A stretch of DNA of 64,000 nucleotides from positions 20,730,101-20,794,100 of the forward strand of contig NC_092677.1 in assembly GCF_964355755.1 (NCBI RefSeq). Reading direction: 5' to 3'. The DNA is from Antedon mediterranea. Taxonomy: Eukaryota > Animalia > Echinodermata. The first letter of the stretch is position 1. Each line of letters begins with the position of its first letter. The position numbers and the translations under genes were made by a program. The notes below the pieces were generated by a model, which was given only the letters and a program-made list of their open reading frames with translations, was not told the origin of the DNA and did no database searches. This document shows, one piece after another, positions 1 through 13,190 of this stretch.

Positions 1-3000
1 CGTGTTTTGAGACGTTTTAGACCATTTTGTGATTTTCGAAAAAACTTGTTAACATAAAAACACCAAAGTGCTCAGAATACCTTCAAATCGAATTTTGAGA
101 CGTTTTAGACCATTTTGTGATTTTCGAAAAAACTTGTTAACATAAAAACACCAAAGTGCTCAGAATACCTTCAAATCGTGTTTTGAGACGTTTTAGACCA
201 TTTTGTGATTTTCGAAAAAACTTGTTAACATAAAAACACCAAAGTGCTTAGAAAAGCTTCAAATCGCATTTGGAGACGTTTTAGACCATTTTTTTCATTT
301 CGATGAAACTTGGTTACACAAAAACATCAAAGAGCACAAAAGATCTTAATATCGTAATTAAAAACGTTTTAGACCATTTTGAGCATTTCGAAAAAACTTT
401 TTCACACTAAACATCAAAGTGTACAAAATAGCTTCAAATCGCATTTTGAGACGTTTTAGACAATTTTGTGATTTTCGAAAAAACTTGTTTACATAAAAAC
501 ACCAAAGTGCTTAGAAAAGCTTCAAATCGCATTTGGAGACGTTTTAGACCATTTTGTGCATTTCGATGAAACTTGGTTACACAAAAACATCAAAGTGCTT
601 AAAATCACATTTTGAGCATTTCGTTAAAACTTTTCACACAAAAACATCAAAGTCCACAAAATAGTTTAATATCGTATTTAAAAACGTTTTAGACCATTTT
701 GAGCATTTCGAAAAAACTTTTCCACACAAAACATCAAAGTTTACAAAATAGCTTCAAATCGCATTTGGAGACGTTTTAGACCATTTTGTGATTTTCGAAA
801 AAACTTGATAACATAAAAACACCAAAGTGCTCAGAATACCTTCAAATCGTGTTTTGAGACGTATTAGACCATTTTGTAATTTTCGAAAAAACTTGTTAAC
901 ATAAAAACACCAAAGTGCTCAGAATACCTTCACATCGCATTTTGAGACGTTTTAGACCATTTTGTGATTTTCGAAAAAACTTGTTAACATAAAAACACCA
1001 AAGTGCTTAGAAAAGCTTGAAATCGCATTTGGAGACGTTTTAGACCATTTTGTGCATTTCGATGAAACTTGGTTACACAAAAACATCAAAGTGCTTAAAA
1101 TCACATTTTGAGCATTTCGTTAAAACTTTTCACACAAAAACATCAAAGAGTAAAAAATAGCTTAATATCGTATTTAAAAACGTTTTAGACCATTTTGAGC
1201 ATTTCGACAAAATTTTTTCACACAAAACATCAAAGTGTACAGAATAGCTTTAAATCGCATTTGGAGACGTTTTAGACCATTTTGTTCATTTCGATGAAAC
1301 AAAAACACAAAAACATCAAATTGCACAAAATGGCTTAATATGATATGGGAAAACGTTTTAGACCATTTTGAACATTTCGTTAAAAGTTTTAACAAAAAAA
1401 CATCAAAGTCCAAAAAATAGCTTAATATCGTATTTAAAAACGTTTTAGACAATTTTGAGCATTTCGAAAAAACTTTTTCACACAAAACATCAAAGTTTAC
1501 AAAATAGCTTCAAATCGCATTTGGAGACGTTTTAGACCATTTTGTGATTTTCGAAAAAACTTGTTAACATAAAAACACCAAAGTGCTCAGAATACCTTCA
1601 AATCGCATTTTGAGACGTTTTAGACCATTTTGTGATTTTCGAAAAAACTTGTTAACATAAAAACACCAAAGTGCTCAGAATACCTTCAAATCGTGTTTTG
1701 AGACGTTTTAGACCATTTTGTGATTTTGGAAAAACTTGTTAACATAAAAACACCAAAGTGCTCAGAATACCTTCAAATCGCATTTGGAGACGTTTTAGAC
1801 CATTTTGTGATTTTCGAAAAAACTTGTTAACATAAAAACACCAAAGTGCTCAGAAAAGCTTCAAATCGCAATTGGAGACGTTTTAAACCATTTTGTTCAT
1901 TTCGATGAAACTTGGTTACACAAAAACATCAAATTGCACAAAATGGCTTAATATGGTATGGGAAAACGTTTTAGACCATTTTGAACATTTCGAGAAAACT
2001 TTTTCACACAAAACTTCAAAGTGTACAGAATAGCTTCAAATCGCATTAGAAACCGTTTTAGACCATTTTGAGCATTTCGAAAAAAACTTTTTCACACAAA
2101 ACATCAAAGTTTACAAAATAGCTTCAAATCGCATTTGGAGACGTTTTAGACCATTTTGTGATTTTCGAAAAAACTTGTTAACATAAAAACACCAAAGTGC
2201 TCAGAATACCTTCAAATCGCATTTTGAGACGTTTTAGACCATTTTGTGATTTTCGAAAAAACTTGTTAACATAAAAATACCAAAGTGCTCAGAATACCTT
2301 CAAATCGTGTTTTGAGACGTTTTAGACCATTTTGTGATTTTCGAAAAAACTTGTTAACATAAAAACACCAAAGTGCTCAGAATACCTTCAAATCGCATTT
2401 GGAGACGTTTTAGACCATTTTGTGATTTTCGAAAAAACTTGTTAACATAAAAACACCAAAGTGCTCAGAAAAGCTTCAAATCGCATTTGGAGACGTTTTA
2501 AACCATTTTGTTCATTTCGATGAAACTTGGTTACACAAAAACATCAAAGAGCACAAAAGTATTTAAAAACGTTTTAGACCATTTTGAGCATTCCGACAAA
2601 ACTTTTTCACACAAAACATCAAAGTGTACAGAATAGCTTTAAATCGCATTTGGAGACGTTTTAGACCATTTTGTAGTTTTCGAAAAAACTTGTTAACATA
2701 AAAACACAAAAGAGCTTCAAATCGCATTTGGAGACGTTTTAGACCCTTTTGTGCATTTCGATGAAACTTGGTTACACAAAAACATCAAAGTGCTTAAAAT
2801 CACATTAGAAACCGTTTTAGACCATTTTGAGCATTTCGTTAAAACTTTTCACACAAAAACATCAAAGTCCACAAAATAGCTTAATATCGTATTCAAAAAC
2901 GTTTTAGACCATTTTGAGCATTTCGAAAAAACTTTTTCACACAAAACATCAAAGTTTACAAAATAGCTTCAAATCGCATTTGGAGACGTTTTAGACCATT

Positions 3001-4749
3001 TTGTGATTTTCGAAAAAACTTGTTAACATAAAAACACCAAAGTGCTCAGAATACCTTCAAATCGCATTTTGAGACGTTTTAGACCATTTTGTGATTTTCA
3101 AAAAAACAACATAAAAACACCAAAGTGCTCAGAATACCTTCAAATCGCATTTGGAGACGTTTTAGACCATTTTGTGCATTTCGATGAAACTTGGTTACAC
3201 AAAAACATCAAAGTGTACAGAATAGCTTCAAATCGCATTAGAAACCGTTTTAGACCATTTTGAGCATTTCGAAAAAACTTTTTCACACAAAACATCAAAG
3301 TGTACAAAATAGCTTCAAATCGCATTTGGAGACGTTTTAGACAATTTTGTGATTTTCGAAAAAACTTGTTTACATAAAAACACCAAAGTGCTCAGAATAG
3401 CTTCCAATCGCATTTGGAGACGTTTTAGACCCTTTTGTGCATTTCGATGAAACTTGGTTACACAAAAACATCAAAGTGCTTAAAATCACAGTAGAGACCG
3501 TTTTAGACCATTTTGAGCATTTCGTTAAAATTTTTCACAGAAAAACATCAAAGAGCAAAAAATAGCTTAATATCGTATTTAAAAACGTTTTAGACCATTT
3601 TGAGCATTTCGACAAAACTTTTTCACACAAAACATCAAAGTGTACAGATAAGCTTCAAATCGCATTTGGAGACGTTTTAAACCATTTTGAGCATTTCGAT
3701 AAAATTTTACACACAAAAACATCAAAGTGCACAAAATAGCTTAATATGGTATTTAAAAACGTTTTAGACCATTTTGAGCATTTCAACAAAACTTTTTCTC
3801 ACAAAACATCAAAGTGTACAGAATAGCTTCAAATCGCATTTGGAGACGTTTTAGACCATTTTGTGCATTTCGATGAAACTTGGTTACACAAAAACATCAA
3901 AGTGCTTAAAATCACATTTTGAGCATTTCGTTAAAACTTTTCACACAAAAACATCAAAGTCCACAAAATAGCTTAATATCGTATTTAAAAACGTTTTAGA
4001 CCATTTTGAGCATTCCGTCAAAACTTTTTCACACAAAACATCAAAGTGTACAGAATAGCTTTAAATCGCATTTGGAGACGTTTTAGACCATTTTGTAGTT
4101 TTCGAAAAAACTTGTTAACATAAAAACACAAAAGAGCTTCAAATCGCATTTGGAGACGTTTTAGACCCTTTTGTGCATTTCGATGAAACTTGGTTACACA
4201 AAAACATCAAAGTGCTTAAAATCACATTAGAAACCGTTTTAGACCATTTTGAGCATTTCGTTAAAACTTTTCACACAAAAACATCAAAGTCCACAAAATA
4301 GCTTAATATCGTATTTAAAAACGTTTTAGACCATTTTGAGCATTTCGAAAAAACTTTTTCACACAAAACATCAAAGTTTACAAAATAGCTTCAAATCGCA
4401 TTTGGAGACGTTTTAGACCATTTTGTGATTTTCGAAAAAACTTGTTAACATAAAAACACCAAAGTGCTCAGAATACCTTCAAATCGCATTTTGAGACGTT
4501 TTAGACCATTTTGTGATTTTCGAAAAAACAACATAAAAACACCAAAGTGCTCAGAATACCTTCAAATCGCATTTGGAGACGTTTTAGACCATTTTGTGAT
4601 TTTCGAAAAAACTTGTTAACATAAAAACACCAAAGTGCTCAGAATACCTTCAAATCGTATTTTGAGACGTTTTAGACAATTTTGTGATTTTCGAAAAAAC
4701 TTGTTAACATAAAAACACCAAAGTGCTTAGAAAAGCTTCAAATCGCATT

Positions 4750-7700
4750 TGGAGACGTTTTAGACAATTTTGTGATTTTCGAAAAAACTTGTTTACATAA
4801 AAACACGAAAGTGCTAAGAATAGCTTCCAATCGCATTTGGAGACGTTTTAGACCCTTTTGTGCATTTCGATGAAACTTGGTTACACAAAAACATCAAAGT
4901 GCTTAAAATCACATTAGAAACCGTTTTAGACCATTTTGAGCATTTCGTTAAAATTTTTCACAGAAAAACATCAAAGAGCAAAAAATAGCTTAATATCGTA
5001 TTTAAAAACGTTTTAGACCATTTTGAGCATTTCGACAAAACTTTTTCACACAAAATATCAAAGTGTACAGAATAGCTTCAAATCGCATTTTGAGACGTTT
5101 TAACCCATTTTGAGCATTTCGATAAAATTTTACACACAAAAACATCAAAGTGCACAAAATAGCTTAATATGGTATTTAAAAACGTTTTAGACCATTTTGA
5201 GCAATTCAACAAAACTTTTTCTCACAAAACATCAAAGTGTACAGAATAGCTTCAAATCGCATTTGGAGACGTTTTAGACCATTTTGTGCATTTCGATGAA
5301 ACTTGGTTACACAAAAACATCAAAGTGCTTAAAATCACATTTTGAGCATTTCGTTAAAACTTTTCACACAAAAACATCAAAGTCCACAAAATAGCTTAAT
5401 ATCGTATTTAAAAACGTTTTAGACCATTTTGAGCATTTCGAAAAAACTTTTCCACACAAAACATCAAAGTTTACAAAATAGCTTCAAATCGCATTTGGAG
5501 ACGTTTTAGACCATTTTGTGATTTTCGAAAAAACTTGTTAACATAAAAACACCAAAGTGCTCAGAATACCTTCAAATCGCATTTGGAGACGTTTTAGACC
5601 CTTTTGTGCATTTCGATGAAACTTGGTTACACAAAAACATCAAAGTGCTTAAAATCACATTAGAAACCGTTTTAGACCATTTTGAGCATTTCGTTAAAAT
5701 TTGTCACAGAAAAACATCAAAGAGCAAAAAATATCTTAATATCGTATTTAAAAACGTTTTAGACCATTTTGAGCATTTCGACAAAACTTTTTCACACAAA
5801 ACATCAAAGTGTACAAAATAGCTTCAAATCGCATTTGGAGACGTTTTAACCCATTTTGAGCATTTCGATAAAATTTTACACACAAAAACATCAAAGTGCA
5901 CAAAATAGCTTAATATGGTATTTAAAAACGTTTTAGACCATTTTGAGCATTTCAACAAAACTTTTTCTCACAAAACATCAAAGTGTACAGAATAGCTTCA
6001 AATCGCATTTGGAGACGTTTTAGACTTTTTTGTGCATTTCGATGAAACTTGGTTACACAAAAACATCAAAGTGCTTAAAATCACATTTTGAGCATTTCGT
6101 TAAAACTTTTCACACAAAAACATCAAAGTCCACAAAATAGCTTAATATCGTATTTAAAAACGTTTTAGACCATTTTGAGCATTTCGAAAAAACTTTTCCA
6201 CACAAAACATCAAAGTTTACAAAATAGCTTCAAATCGCATTTGGAGACGTTTTAGACCATTTTGTGATTTTCGAAAAAACTTGATAACATAAAAACACCA
6301 AAGTGCTCAGAATACCTTCAAATCGTGTTTTGAGACGTTTTAGACCATTTTGTAATTTTCGAAAAAACTTGTTAACATAAAAACACCAAAGTGCTCAGAA
6401 TACCTTCACATCGCATTTTGAGACGTTTTAGACCATTTTGTGATTTTCGAAAAAACTTGTTAACATAAAAACACCAAAGTGCTTAGAAAAGCTTGAAATC
6501 GCATTTGGAGACGTTTTAGACCATTTTGTGCATTTCGATGAAACTTGGTTACACAAAAACATCAAAGTGCTTAAAATCACATTTTGAGCATTTCGTTAAA
6601 ACTTTTCACACAAAAACATCAAAGAGTAAAAAATAGCTTAATATCGTATTTAAAAACGTTTTAGACCATTTTGAGCATTTCGACAAAATTTTTTCACACA
6701 AAACATCAAAGTGTACAGAATAGCTTTAAATCGCATTTGGAGACGTTTTAGACCATTTTGTTCATTTCGATGAAACAAAAACACAAAAACATCAAATTGC
6801 ACAAAATGGCTTAATATGATATGGGAAAACGTTTTAGACCATTTTGAACATTTCGTTAAAAGTTTTCACACAAAAACATCAAAGTCCACAAAATAGCTTA
6901 ATATCGTATTTAAAAACGTTTTAGACCATTTTGAGCATTTCGAAAAAACTTTTTCACACAAAACATCAAAGTTTACAAAATAGCTTCAAATCGCATTTGG
7001 AGACGTTATAGACCATTTTGTGATTTTCGAAAAAACTTGTTAACATAAAAACACCAAAGTGCTCAGAATACCTTCAAGTCGCATTTTGAGACGTTTTAGA
7101 CCATTTTGTGATTTTCGAAAAAACTTGTTAACATAAAAACACCAAAGTGCTCAGAATCGTGTTTTGAGACGTTTTAGACCATTTTGTGATTTTCGAAAAA
7201 ACTTGTTAACATAAAAACACCAAAGTGCTTAGAAAAGCTTCAAATCGCATTTGGAGACGTTTTAGACCATTTTGTTCATTTCGATGAAACTTGGTTACAC
7301 AAAAACATCAAAGAGCACAAAAGATCTTAATATCGTATTTAAAAACGTTTTAGACCATTTTGAGCATTTCGAAAAAACTTTTTCACACAAAACATCAAAG
7401 TGTACAAAATAGCTTCAAATCGCATTTGGAGACGTTTTAGACAATTTTGTGATTTTCGAAAAAACTTGTTTACATAAAAACACCAAAGTGCTTAGAAAAG
7501 CTTCAAATCGCATTTGGAGACGTTTTAAACCATTTTGTTCATTTCGATGAAACTTGGTTACACAAAAACATCAAAGAGCACAAAAGTATTTAAAAACGTT
7601 TTAGACCATTTTGAGCATTTCGACAAAACTTTTTCACACAAAACATCAAAGTGTACAGAATAGCTTCAAATCGCATTTGGAGACGTTTTAACCCATTTTG

Positions 7701-10700
7701 AGCATTTCGATAAAATTTTACACACAAAAAACATCAAAGTGCACAAAATAGCTTAATATGGTATTTAAAAACGTTTTAGACCATTTTGAGCATTTCAACA
7801 AAACTTTTTCTCACAAAACATCAAAGTGTACAGAATAGCTTCAAATCGCATTTGGAGACGTTTTAGACCATTTTGTGCATTTCGATGAAACTTGGTTACA
7901 CAAAAACATCAAAGTGCTTAAAATCACATTTTGAGCATTTCGTTAAAACTTTTCACACAAAAACATCAAAGTCCACAAAATAGCTTAATATCGTATTTAA
8001 AAACGTTTTAGACCATTTTGAGCATTTCGAAAAAACTTTTCCACACAAAACATCAAAGTTTACAAAATAGCTTCAAATCGCATTTGGAGACGTTTTAGAC
8101 AATTTTGTGATTTTTGAAAAAACTTGTTTACATAAAAACACGAAAGTGCTAAGAATAGCTTCCAATCGCATTTGGAGACGTTTTAGACCCTTTTGTGCAT
8201 TTCGATGAAACTTGGTTACACAAAAACATCAAAGTGCTTAAAATCACATTAGAAACCGTTTTAGACCATTTTGAGCATTTCGTTAAAATTTTTCACAGAA
8301 AAACATCAAAGAGCAAAAAATAGCTTAATATCGTATTTAAAAACGTTTTAGACCATTTTGAGCATTTCAACAAAACTTTTTCACACAAAATATCAAAGTG
8401 TACAGAATAGCTTCAAATCGCATTTTGAGACGTTTTAACCCATTTTGAGCATTTCGATAAAATTTTACACACAAAAACATCAAAGTGCACAAAATAGCTT
8501 AATATGGTATTTAAAAACGTTTTAGACCATTTTGAGCAATTCAACAAAACTTTTTCTCACAAAACATCAAAGTGTACAGAATAGCTTCAAATCGCATTTG
8601 GAGACGTTTTAGACCATTTTGTGCATTTCGATGAAACTTGGTTACACAAAAACATCAAAGTGCTTAAAATCACATTTTGAGCATTTCGTTAAAACTTTTC
8701 ACACAAAAACATCAAAGTCCACAAAATAGCTTAATATCGTATTTAAAAACGTTTTAGACCATTTTGAGCATTTCGAAAAAACTTTTCCACACAAAACATC
8801 AAAGTTTACAAAATAGCTTCAAATCGCATTTGGAGACGTTTTAGACCATTTTGTGATTTTCGAAAAAACTTGTTAACATAAAAACACCAAAGTGCTCAGA
8901 ATACCTTCAAATCGCATTTGGAGACGTTTTAGACCCTTTTGTGCATTTCGATGAAACTTGGTTACACAAAAACATCAAAGTGCTTAAAATCACATTAGAA
9001 ACCGTTTTAGACCATTTTGAGCATTTCGTTAAAATTTGTCACAGAAAAACATCAAAGAGCAAAAAATATCTTAATATCGTATTTAAAAACGTTTTAGACC
9101 ATTTTGAGCATTTCGACAAAACTTTTTCACACAAAACATCAAAGTGTACAAAATAGCTTCAAATCGCATTTGGAGACGTTTTAACCCATTTTGAGCATTT
9201 CGATAAAATTTTACACACAAAAACATCAAAGTGCACAAAATAGCTTAATATGGTATTTAAAAACGTTTTAGACCATTTTGAGCATTTCAACAAAACTTTT
9301 TCTCACAAAACATCAAAGTGTACAGAATAGCTTCAAATCGCATTTGGAGACGTTTTAGACTTTTTTGTGCATTTCGATGAAACTTGGTTACACAAAAACA
9401 TCAAAGTGCTTAAAATCACATTTTGAGCATTTCGTTAAAACTTTTCACACAGAAACATCAAAGTCCACAAAATAGCTTAATATCGTATTTAAAAACGTTT
9501 TAGACCATTTTGAGCATTTCGAAAAAACTTTTCCACACAAAACATCAAAGTTTACAAAATAGCTTCAAATCGCATTTGGAGACGTTTTAGACCATTTTGT
9601 GATTTTCGAAAAAACTTGATAACATAAAAACACCAAAGTGCTCAGAATACCTTCAAATCGTGTTTTGAGACGTTTTAGACCATTTTGTAATTTTCGAAAA
9701 AACTTGTTAACATAAAAACACCAAAGTGCTCAGAATACCTTCACATCGCATTTTGAGACGTTTTAGACCATTTTGTGATTTTCGAAAAAACTTGTTAACA
9801 TAAAAACACCAAAGTGCTTAGAAAAGCTTGAAATCGCATTTGGAGACGTTTTAGACCATTTTGTGCATTTCGATGAAACTTGGTTACACAAAAACATCAA
9901 AGTGCTTAAAATCACATTTTGAGCATTTCGTTAAAACTTTTCACACAAAAACATCAAAGAGTAAAAAATAGCTTAATATCGTATTTAAAAACGTTTTAGA
10001 CCATTTTGAGCATTTCGACAAAATTTTTTCACACAAAACATCAAAGTGTACAGAATAGCTTTAAATCGCATTTGGAGACGTTTTAGACCATTTTGTTCAT
10101 TTCGATGAAACAAAAACACAAAAACATCAAATTGCACAAAATGGCTTAATATGATATGGGAAAACGTTTTAGACCATTTTGAACATTTCGTTAAAAGTTT
10201 TCACACAAAAACATCAAAGTCCACAAAATAGCTTAATATCGTATTTAAAAACGTTTTAGACCATTTTGAGCATTTCGAAAAAACTTTTTCACACAAAACA
10301 TCAAAGTTTACAAAATAGCTTCAAATCGCATTTGGAGACGTTATAGACCATTTTGTGATTTTCGAAAAAACTTGTTAACATAAAAACACCAAAGTGCTCA
10401 AAATACCTTCAAATCGCATTTTGAGACGTTTTAGACCATTTTGTGATTTTCGAAAAAACTTGTTAACATAAAAACACCAAAGTGCTCAGAATCGTGTTTT
10501 GAGACGTTTTAGACCATTTTGTGATTTTCGAAAAAACTTGTTAACATAAAAACACCAAAGTGCTTAGAAAAGCTTCAAATCGCATTTGGAGACGTTTTAG
10601 ACCATTTTGTTCATTTCGATGAAACTTGGTTACACAAAAACATCAAAGAGCACAAAAGATCTTAATATCGTATTTAAAAACGTTTTAGACCATTTTGAGC

Positions 10701-13190
10701 ATTTCGAAAAAACTTTTTCACACAAAACATCAAAGTGTACAAAATAGCTTCAAATCGCATTTGGAGACGTTTTAGACAATTTTGTGATTTTCGAAAAAAC
10801 TTGATTACATAAAAACACCAAAGTGCTTAGAAAAGCTTCAAATCGCATTTGGAGACGTTTTAAACCATTTTGAGCATTTCGACAAAACTTTTTCACACAA
10901 AACATCAAAGTGTACAAAATAGCTTCAAATCGCATTTGGAGACGTTTTAACCCATTTTGAGCATTTCGATAAAATTTTACACACAAAAACATCAAAGTGC
11001 ACAAAATAGCTTAATATGGTATTTAAAAACGTTTTAGACCATTTTGAGCATTTCAACAAAACTTTTTCTCACAAAACATCAAAGTGTACAGAATAGCTTC
11101 AAATCGCATTTGGAGACGTTTTAGACTTTTTTGTGCATTTCGATGAAACTTGGTTACACAAAAACATCAAAGTGCTTAAAATCACATTTTGAGCATTTCG
11201 TTAAAACTTTTCACACAAAAACATCAAAGTCCACAAAATAGCTTAATATCGTATTTAAAAACGTTTTAGACCATTTTGAGCATTTCGAAAAAACTTTTCC
11301 ACACAAAACATCAAAGTTTACAAAATAGCTTCAAATCGCATTTGGAGACGTTTTAGACCATTTTGTGATTTTCGAAAAAACTTGATAACATAAAAACACC
11401 AAAGTGCTCAGAATACCTTCAAATCGTGTTTTGAGACGTTTTAGACCATTTTGTAATTTTCGAAAAAACTTGTTAACATAAAAACACCAAAGTGCTCAGA
11501 ATACCTTCACATCGCATTTTGAGACGTTTTAGACCATTTTGTGATTTTCGAAAAAACTTGTTAACATAAAAACACCAAAGTGCTTAGAAAAGCTTGAAAT
11601 CGCATTTGGAGACGTTTTAGACCATTTTGTGCATTTCGATGAAACTTGGTTACACAAAAACATCAAAGTTCTTAAAATCACATTTTGAGCATTTCGTTAA
11701 AACTTTTCACACAAAAACATCAAAGAGTAAAAAATAGCTTAATATCGTATTTAAAAACGTTTTAGACCATTTTGAGCATTTCGACAAAATTTTTTCACAC
11801 AAAACATCAAAGTGTACAGAATAGCTTTAAATCGCATTTGGAGACGTTTTAGACCATTTTGTTCATTTCGATGAAACAAAAACACAAAAACATCAAATTG
11901 CACAAAATGGCTTAATATGATATGGGAAAACGTTTTAGACCATTTTGAACATTTCGTTAAAAGTTTTCACACAAAAACATCAAAGTCCACAAAATAGCTT
12001 AATATCGTATTTAAAAACGTTTTAGACCATTTTGAGCATTTCGAAAAAACTTTTTCACACAAAACATCAAAGTTTACAAAATAGCTTCAAATCGCATTTG
12101 GAGACGTTATAGACCATTTTGTGATTTTCGAAAAAACTTGTTAACATAAAAACACCAAAGTGCTCAAAATACCTTCAAATCGCATTTTGAGACGTTTTAG
12201 ACCATTTTGTGATTTTCGAAAAAACTTGTTAACATAAAAACACCAAAGTGCTCAGAATCGTGTTTTGAGACGTTTTAGACCATTTTGTGATTTTCGAAAA
12301 AACTTGTTAACATAAAAACACCAAAGTGCTTAGAAAAGCTTCAAATCGCATTTGGAGACGTTTTAGACCATTTTGTTCATTTCGATGAAACTTGGTTACA
12401 CAAAAACATCAAAGAGCACAAAAGATCTTAATATCGTATTTAAAAACGTTTTAGACCATTTTGAGCATTTCGAAAAAACTTTTTCACACAAAACATCAAA
12501 GTGTACAAAATAGCTTCAAATCGCATTTGGAGACGTTTTAGACAATTTTGTGATTTTCGAAAAAACTTGATTACATAAAAACACCAAAGTGCTTAGAAAA
12601 GCTTCAAATCGCATTTGGAGACGTTTTAAACCATTTTGTTCATTTCGATGAAACTTGGTTACACAAAAACATCAAAGAGCACAAAAGTATTTAAAAACGT
12701 TTTAGACCATTTTGAGCATTTCGACAAAACTTTTTCACACAAAACATCAAAGTGTACAGAATAGCTTCAAATCGCATTTGGAGACGTTTTAACCCATTTT
12801 GAGCATTTCGATAAAATTTTACACACAAAAACATCAAAGTGCACAAAATAGCTTAATATGGTATTTAAAAACGTTTTAGACCATTTTGAGCATTTCAACA
12901 AAACTTTTTCTCATAAAACATCAAAGTGTACAGAATAGCTTCAAATCGCATTTGGAGACGTTTTAGACCATTTTGTGCATTTCGATGAAACTTGGTTACA
13001 CAAAAACATCAAAGTGCTTAAAATCACATTTTGAGCATTTCGTTAAAACTTTTCACACAAAAACATCAAAGTCCACAAAATAGCTTAATATCGTATTTAA
13101 AAACGTTTTAGACCATTTTGAGCATTTCGAAAAAACTTTTCCACACAAAACATCAAAGTTTACAAAATAGCTTCAAATCGCATTTGGAGA
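4750..13190 (+). repeat. Tandem duplication of a 3335-bp higher-order block; second copy lengthened by an internal 1766-bp duplication
   Basis: Marker CACGAAAG at 4807 and 8142, and identical ORFs at 5606 and 8941 (offset 3335). After 12638 the sequence resumes in register with 7537 (3335+1766=5101). Confidence 0.85.
9100..12638 (+). repeat. Tandem duplication, period 1766 bp
   Basis: Shared variants AGACTTTTTT (9360/11126), TGCTCAAAAT (10395/12161) and TTGATTACAT (10801/12567) all lie at offset 1766. Confidence 0.9.

Noticed and set aside
12-29. Conserved core GTTTTAGACC resembles the start of type II-A CRISPR repeats (GTTTTAGAGC) with regular spacing
   Set aside because: The intervening sequences are homologous to each other and repeated hundreds of times, so they are not unique spacers. 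No cas genes, leader or tracrRNA are present.
34-50. CENP-B-box-like TTTCGAAAAAACTTGTT
   Set aside because: It matches only the TTCG....A half; the essential CGGG part is absent.
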